NCBI GenBank assembly: GCA_003223835.1 | Contig: QHWR01000040.1 | Coordinates: 15,134-79,133, forward strand | From: Acidobacteriota bacterium | GTDB lineage: Bacteria > Acidobacteriota > Vicinamibacteria > Vicinamibacterales > 2-12-FULL-66-21 | DNA length: 64,000 nt | Direction: 5' to 3' | In this document: one piece after another, positions 58,965 through 64,000 of the stretch | Layout: every line of letters begins with the position of its first letter | Position numbering within the stretch: position 1 is the stretch's first letter | Made by a program: the position numbers and the translations under genes | Notes under the pieces: model-generated | Databases searched by the model: none | Seen by the model: only the letters and a program-made list of their open reading frames with translations | What the model was told of the DNA's origin: nothing

Positions 58965-58994
58965 AGACCGTGGTCCCGTGACAGGAAAATCATC

Positions 58995-59410
58995 ATGGAA
59001 GTGATTCTTCGAGAACATGTCGAAAAGCTCGGCAAACGCGGCGACGTCGTCAGGGTCGCCGAGGGCTACGCGCGCAACTACCTGCTGCCGCGGAAGCTGG
59101 CGCTTGCCGCGAGCGCAAGGTCGCCGAGGTGCGCGAGGCCGAAGAGAAGTCGCAGGCCGACGCGATCGCGCAGCGGCTGAACGCGCTCGAGATCGAGATC
59201 GGGCGCCGCGTGGGGGAGCACGAGACGCTGTACGGTTCGGTCACCTCCGCCGACATCGCGCACGCGGTGCAGGCGAAAGGGTTCGACGTGGACAAGCGCA
59301 AGATCGTGCTCGCGGAACCGCTCAAGGCGCTGGGCGAAACGATGGTCACCGTGAAAATTCACCGCGACGTGACCGCGCAGGTCAAGGTCAAGGTCGTCCC
59401 GCAGACGTAA
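58995..59410 (+). pseudogene. rplI: 50S ribosomal protein L9, frame broken near 59113
   Basis: [40 protein letters not shown] (frame of track 58932..). Continues in another frame as …[63 protein letters not shown]… (track 59129..59410). About 10 residues of the linker helix are missing. Confidence 0.87.
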
Positions 59411-59443
59411 AGGCCGTCGTGTCCCAGAACGAGCGCTGAATTT

Positions 59444-59517
59444 CACCACAGAGCCAACAGAGAACACAGAGGCCGACTCAGTTTTCTGTGACCTCTGTTT
59501 CCTCTGTGGTGATCACC
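59444..59517. repeat. Repeat-armed hairpin: (NNNACAGAG) x3 facing (CTCTGTNNN) x3, ending in GGTGATCACC
   Basis: caccacagag ccaacagag aacacagag gccgactcagtttt ctgtgac ctctgtttc ctctgtggtgatcacc. Begins 34 nt after the rplI stop. Confidence 0.9.
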
Positions 59518-59536
59518 CACGCTGCATTTTCGGGCA

Positions 59537-59566
59537 TTCGACAGTACACCTCCCCGGTCGTAGAAT
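59537..59566 (+). promoter_or_regulatory. Sigma-70-like promoter TTCGAC-N18-TAGAAT upstream of dnaB
   Basis: TTCGAC at 59537..59542 and TAGAAT at 59561..59566. The ~40-nt leader contains caattcac caattcac gaactgactgattcttcgtg (59575..59611), another short repeat/hairpin. Confidence 0.5.
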
Positions 59567-59608
59567 CTCTCCACCCAATTCACCAATTCACGAACTGACT
59601 GATTCTTC

Positions 59609-60967
59609 GTGCCCGACGTCGCTGTCTCCGACCGTACGCTGCCGCATTCGCTCGACGCGGAGAAGTCCGTGCTCGGCGCGATCCTGATCCACAACGAGGC
59701 GTTCAACCACGCCGCGGAGCTGATCGACTCGCGGGATTTCTTCCGCGACGCGCACCGCCGCATCTTCGAGAAGATGATCGTGCTCAGCGAGCGCGGCGAC
59801 GCGATCGATCTGATCACGCTGAAGGACGAACTGGCGCGGTCGGGCGAGCTGGACGAAGTCGGCGGGCCCGCCTACATCGCGTCGCTCGCCGACGGCGTGC
59901 CGCGCTCCGCCAACATCGAGCACTACGCGCGCATCGTCAAGGAGAAGTCCACCCTCCGGAACCTGATTTACTCCGCCAACAAGATCCTGACGACGGCGTA
60001 CGAGGCGGAGCAGGACGCGGACCTGATCCTGGACGAGGCGGAGAAATCCATCTTCGAGATCGCGGAGGACCGGATCCGCGAGGGGTTCGTGCCGCTGCGC
60101 GACCTCGTGCAGGGCAGCTTCGCCACGATCGAGAAGCTCCAGCAGCACAAGGGGCTGGTCACGGGCGTGCCGACGGGGTTCGCCGATCTCGACGAGATGA
60201 CCTCTGGGCTCCAGCGGTCGGACCTCATCCTCATCGCCGCGCGGCCGTCCATGGGAAAGACCAGCCTCGTGCTCAACATCGCGCAGCACGTCGGCGCGCA
60301 GACGGATATGACCGTCGGCTTCTTCAGCCTGGAGATGGCGAAGGAACAGCTCTTCATGCGGCTGCTGACGTCGGAGGCGCGGATCGACGCGCACCGGTTC
60401 CGCAGCGGCCACCTGAGCGAGAAGGATTACGGCCGCCTGTCCCACGCCCTCGGCACGCTCGCCGAGTCGCGCGTGTTCATCGACGACACGGCGTCGATCG
60501 GCGTGCTGGAAATGCGCGCAAAGGCGCGGCGGCTCAAGGCGGAGCACGGCCTGCACCTGCTGATCGTGGATTACATCCAGTTGATGCAGGGGCGCGGCCG
60601 GTTCGAGAACCGGCAGGCGGAGCTGGCCTCGATCTCGCGCTCGCTCAAGGGGCTCGCCAAGGAGCTGCACGTGCCGATCGTCGCGCTCTCGCAGCTCTCA
60701 CGCGCGCCCGAGACACGATCGGACCACCGGCCGCAGCTCTCCGATCTTCGCGAGTCGGGCGCTCTCGAGCAGGACGCCGACGTCGTCCTCTTCATCTTCC
60801 GCGAGGAGCAGTACCGCGACGACAACGGCCAGCCGAACCAGGCGGCCGAAGGGATCGCGGAGATCATCATCGGCAAGCAACGCAACGGCCCCACCGGTGT
60901 CGTCAAGCTCGCGTTCATCAAAGAGCACACGCGGTTCGAGAACCTCGCCCACGGCGCTGTCCAGTGA
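59609..60967 (+). CDS. dnaB: Replicative DNA helicase
   Basis: 452 aa with a GTG start. Contains …[17 protein letters not shown]…, …[17 protein letters not shown]… (Walker A), …[10 protein letters not shown]… and …[33 protein letters not shown]…. Confidence 0.96.
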   Translation: MPDVAVSDRTLPHSLDAEKSVLGAILIHNEAFNHAAELIDSRDFFRDAHRRIFEKMIVLSERGDAIDLITLKDELARSGELDEVGGPAYIASLADGVPRSANIEHYARIVKEKSTLRNLIYSANKILTTAYEAEQDADLILDEAEKSIFEIAEDRIREGFVPLRDLVQGSFATIEKLQQHKGLVTGVPTGFADLDEMTSGLQRSDLILIAARPSMGKTSLVLNIAQHVGAQTDMTVGFFSLEMAKEQLFMRLLTSEARIDAHRFRSGHLSEKDYGRLSHALGTLAESRVFIDDTASIGVLEMRAKARRLKAEHGLHLLIVDYIQLMQGRGRFENRQAELASISRSLKGLAKELHVPIVALSQLSRAPETRSDHRPQLSDLRESGALEQDADVVLFIFREEQYRDDNGQPNQAAEGIAEIIIGKQRNGPTGVVKLAFIKEHTRFENLAHGAVQ

Positions 60968-62160
60968 TCCGGCCGACCGTCGCGCGCGTCGACCTTCAGG
61001 CCATCGAGTCGAATCTGCGCGCGATCGCCGCATTTCTTCTCGGTCCCCGGTCTCCGGTCGCCCCGCCTCCGCCGCCTGGCGGCGACGGCGAGGCCTCGCC
61101 AGAGCCCGCGCCGCATTCAACGCGGGCGGCGGCGGGTCCTCGAATCATCGGTGTCGTCAAGGCGAACGCCTACGGCCACGGCGCTCGGGAAGTCGGCCTC
61201 GCGCTCGAGCGCGCGGGGGCGGCCGTGCTCGCGTGCGCGGATATCGAGGAGGGGATCGCGCTGCGCGACGCCGGCGTCCGCGCCCCGATTCTGGTGTTCG
61301 GCGCGCTCGGCATCAGCGACCTCGACGGCCTCTTCACGCACACGCTGACGCCGACGATTTCCACGCCGTCCGCGGCGGCCGCGTTGCAGCAGGCCGCGGC
61401 ACGCCACGCCACGGTGCTCCGCTGTCATCTCAAGATCGACACGGGCATGAACCGCCTCGGCTTCCGGCACGACAACCTCGCGCGGACGATTCCCGAAGTC
61501 GCGTCCAGCCGCAACCTCGCGATCGACGCCGTCTACACGCACTTCGCGACCGCCGACGATCCCGACGGCGACATGTTCGCGGTCCAGCGCGAGCGCTTCG
61601 AGCGCGCGTGCGCGGAGGTCAGCGCGCTCGGGATTCGACCGGCGTCGCGTCACGCCGCGAACAGCGCCGCCCTCCTGCGCGACGAGCGGGTCTGGTACGA
61701 CTTCGTCCGCCCCGGACTGCTCCTCTACGGCATCGTCCCGCCGCCGCTCGCCTCGACGCTGCGGCTGCGACCCGCCCTGTCACTCCACAGCCGTATCGTC
61801 CATGTGAAAGGGATGCGGCCCGGCGAGGGCACGGGCTACGGGCTCAAGACCGTCGTCGATCGTCCGGCGACGATCGCCGTCGTGCCCGCGGGGTACGCCG
61901 ACGGCCTCGATCGCCGGCTCGCGGGCGCCGGCGCGATGCTGGTTCGCGGCCGCCGCGCCCCCATCGTCGGATCGGTGTGCATGGACATGACGACGATCGA
62001 CGTCACCGGGATGGATGTGTACCCGGGCGACGAGGTGGTGATTGTCGGCGAGCAGGACGGCGCGTCGATCGGCATGCGCGAGATGTCCGCCGCGATCGGC
62101 ACGATCCCGTACGAGCTGCTTTGCCGCGTCGGCACGAGGATTGAAAGGCTCTACGATTGA
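60964..62160 (+). CDS. alr: Alanine racemase (with a ~35-aa Pro/Gly/Ala-rich insertion near the N-terminus)
   Basis: GTG 60964 (GTGA overlap with dnaB). Contains …[14 protein letters not shown]… (PLP lysine), …[13 protein letters not shown]… and …GYADGL…[11 protein letters not shown]…. The insertion is [35 protein letters not shown] at about 61036..61140. Confidence 0.92.
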   Translation: MIRPTVARVDLQAIESNLRAIAAFLLGPRSPVAPPPPPGGDGEASPEPAPHSTRAAAGPRIIGVVKANAYGHGAREVGLALERAGAAVLACADIEEGIALRDAGVRAPILVFGALGISDLDGLFTHTLTPTISTPSAAAALQQAAARHATVLRCHLKIDTGMNRLGFRHDNLARTIPEVASSRNLAIDAVYTHFATADDPDGDMFAVQRERFERACAEVSALGIRPASRHAANSAALLRDERVWYDFVRPGLLLYGIVPPPLASTLRLRPALSLHSRIVHVKGMRPGEGTGYGLKTVVDRPATIAVVPAGYADGLDRRLAGAGAMLVRGRRAPIVGSVCMDMTTIDVTGMDVYPGDEVVIVGEQDGASIGMREMSAAIGTIPYELLCRVGTRIERLYD

Positions 62161-62652
62161 AGATTGGCGATTGGCGATTGGCGATTCACGAATTGACGAT
62201 TACAGGATTGCCGATTCACGGATTGACGAATACCGATTGCCGATTCACGAATTGACGATTACGGGATTGCCGGTTTACGGATTCACGAATACAGATTGCC
62301 GATTCACGAATTGACGATTACAGGATTGCCGGTTTACGGATTGACGAATTGAGGATTGCCGATTGACGGATTGCCGAGTGCGGATTGGCGGTTGCCAATC
62401 GTCAACACGCCAATCGTCAACACGCCAATCGTCAATGCCCCAATCGTCAATATGCCAATCGTCAATACGCCAATCGTCAATGCCCGAATCGTCAATGCCC
62501 GAATCGTCAATGACCCAATCGTCAATGACCCCAATCGTCAATTGCCCAATCGTCGATCCGTCAATCGTTAATCGCCAATCGTCGATCCGTCAATCGTTAA
62601 TCGCTAATCGACAATTCGTGAATCTTCAGTCTCCAATCGCCAATCGCCAATG
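62155..62652. repeat. ~490-bp palindromic tandem-repeat array (15-bp period; core GATTG/CAATC) filling the alr-radA spacer
   Basis: - Left arm (62155..62389): alternating 7/8-mers such as gattggc, gattcac, gaattgac, gattaca, ggattgcc…
- Dyad: gattggc-ggtt-gccaatc at 62383..62400.
- Right arm (62394..62650): CAATCGTCAANNNNN at a strict 15-bp period (starts 62396, 62411, 62426 … 62516).
- Outermost pairing: gattggcgattggcgatt (62162..) is complementary to aatcgccaatcgccaat (62633..).
- Overlaps: covers the alr stop and the radA ATG. Confidence 0.92.
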
Positions 62653-64000
62653 AAAGCGAAGATTGTCTACGTGTGCCAGGAATGCGGCGCGCAGGCGCCG
62701 AAATGGCTCGGACGCTGCGCGGACTGCGGCGCGTGGAACTCCCTCGTCGAGGAACGCCCGGTGCCCGTGGGGGCCGGGGCGGGCGCGGCGGCGGGAGCCG
62801 CGGCGGAGCGGTACGCACTGGCTGCCACATCGGGGCCGCGGCTGTACGCGGAAATTGACACTGTCGTCGCCGAGCGGCTGTCCACCGGCATCGGCGAGTT
62901 CGATCGCGTGCTCGGCGGCGGGGTCGTGCCCGGATCGCTGGTGTTGATCGGCGGCGAGCCCGGCATCGGGAAGTCGACGCTGCTCCTGCAGGCGGCCGCG
63001 CACTTCGCGCACGCGATCGGCCCGGTGCTCTACAGCTCCGGCGAGGAATCCGAGCACCAGATCAAATCGCGCGGCCAGCGGCTCGGCGTCGCCGCCGCTC
63101 CTCTTTATCTGCTCGCCGAAACGTGCCTCGAGCGGATCCTCGAGGAGATCGCGCGGCTGCGCCCCAGGTTCGTGATCGTGGACTCCGTGCAGACGGTGTT
63201 CTCGCTCAAGTTCCAGTCGGCGCCCGGCAGCGTCGGTCAGGTGCGCGAGGCCGCGACGCAGCTGCTCTTCGCGGCGAAGGGGCAGAACATCCCGACCTTC
63301 CTCGTCGGCCACGTCACGAAGGACGGCAGCCTCGCGGGTCCGAAAGTCCTCGAGCACATCGTGGACACGGTCCTCTATTTCGAAGGCGAGAAGCACCACT
63401 CGCACCGCGTCGTCCGCGCGGTCAAGAACCGGTTCGGCGCGATCAGCGAGCTGGGCGTCTTCGAGATGACGGGACAGGGGCTGCGCGCGGTGCCGAATCC
63501 GTCGCAGCTCTTTCTCGCCGAGCGTCCCGCGAACGCGCCTGGCTCCGCGGTGCTCTGCTGCGTCGAGGGATCGCGGCCGCTGCTCGTCGAGGTGCAGGCG
63601 CTCGTGAGCACGAGCAGCTACGGCAACGCGCGCCGGATGGCGAGCGGGCTCGATCAGAATCGGCTGTCGCTGCTGCTCGCCGTCCTCGAGAAGCGCGCGG
63701 GGCTGAACCTGATGGCGGAGGACGTGTTCGTCAACGTCGCCGGCGGCATGTCGATCGAGGAGCCCGCCGCGGACCTTGCGGTCGTCGCCGCCGTCGCGTC
63801 GAGCGTCCGCAACCGCCCGATCAAGCCGGGGACCGCCGTCTTCGGCGAGGTCGGGCTCGCCGGCGAGGTGCGCGGGACGACGCAGGCGTCGCTGAGGGTG
63901 AAAGAGGCGGGGCAGCTCGGGTTCACGCGCGTCGTGATGCCCGAGGCCAACATCGTCCCCGGCGAGGCGCCCGACGGGTGCGAGCTGGTCGGCGTCAGGA
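62650..64000 (+). CDS. radA: DNA repair protein RadA/Sms (3' end beyond the window)
   Basis: Absent from the track because it runs off the end. From ATG 62650: MKAKIVYVCQECGAQAPKWLGRCADCGAWNSL (zinc ribbon), …LIGGEPGIGKSTLLLQ… (Walker A), …HVTKDGSLAGPKVLEHIVDTVLYFEGE… and KNRFG. Confidence 0.94.
   Translation, partial: MKAKIVYVCQECGAQAPKWLGRCADCGAWNSLVEERPVPVGAGAGAAAGAAAERYALAATSGPRLYAEIDTVVAERLSTGIGEFDRVLGGGVVPGSLVLIGGEPGIGKSTLLLQAAAHFAHAIGPVLYSSGEESEHQIKSRGQRLGVAAAPLYLLAETCLERILEEIARLRPRFVIVDSVQTVFSLKFQSAPGSVGQVREAATQLLFAAKGQNIPTFLVGHVTKDGSLAGPKVLEHIVDTVLYFEGEKHHSHRVVRAVKNRFGAISELGVFEMTGQGLRAVPNPSQLFLAERPANAPGSAVLCCVEGSRPLLVEVQALVSTSSYGNARRMASGLDQNRLSLLLAVLEKRAGLNLMAEDVFVNVAGGMSIEEPAADLAVVAAVASSVRNRPIKPGTAVFGEVGLAGEVRGTTQASLRVKEAGQLGFTRVVMPEANIVPGEAPDGCELVGVR

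Noticed and set aside
62394-62600. A possible CRISPR array (regularly spaced CAATCGTCAA).
   Set aside because: The period is 15 bp with only ~5 variable nt between cores, so there are no spacers of plausible length. The array is mirrored by an inverted arm, and there are no cas genes in the window.
62042-62653. ORFs in the alr-radA array encoding pentapeptide-like repeats (PIVNx, QSSxx, LTIGx, IDDWx).
   Set aside because: At least five overlapping frames on both strands are open at once. This is because the 15-bp unit lacks stop codons, and the 5-aa period is just the DNA period. There is no RBS or start context, so I treat it as non-coding repeat.

Overview
High-GC bacterial chromosomal window. 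The gene content and the CarboxypepD_reg-type TonB receptor suggest an Acidobacteriota-like lineage, but this is inference only. No transposase, integrase, phage gene, CRISPR array or rRNA was recognised.

Layout:
- 1-13.7 kb: thiS, a glycosyltransferase, and a complex I operon ordered nuoA-B-C-[gmhA]-D-E-F-H-J-K-L-M-N. It has no nuoG or nuoI, and gmhA sits inside it.
- 13.7-37.1 kb: the most unusual locus. A promoter with an embedded palindrome is followed by seven tightly coupled genes: a ~1,440-aa Ig-domain protein with a Cys-rich tail, a small secreted protein, a di-haem DUF1111-type protein, a tandem DsbA, a 4,435-aa mega-protein, a second DUF1111 paralog, and a DDAH-like amidinotransferase. 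The mega-protein (21571..34878) has about 31 SbsA/Big_5-like Ig modules, including a 2.9-kb nine-module unit repeated about 3.1 times.
- 37.1-64 kb: TonB-dependent receptor, selA, two hypotheticals, cspA, purH, an LPS-core/heptose cluster (GT39, rfaE-kinase, O-antigen ligase, GT9, trm112). Then comes the conserved block TPR-lolB-like-ispE-tRNA-Gln-prs-ctc-pth-rpsF-rpsR-rplI-dnaB-alr-radA.

Two anomalies run across the whole window:
- Nearly every intergenic spacer of any length is filled by hairpins whose arms are short tandem (7-9 nt) repeats, with a different 5-nt core at each locus. The largest is a ~490-bp palindromic array with a 15-bp period between alr and radA. Two copies lie inside coding sequence. 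They resemble cyanobacterial STRR heptamers, arranged here as palindromes.
- Eight coding regions are broken by short non-triplet deletions or junctions: nuoL/M, nuoM, the Ig protein, ddaH, the TonB receptor, purH, ctc and rplI. The nuoM break is an exact 140-bp copy of nuoL. I cannot tell assembly artefact from real decay using the sequence alone.
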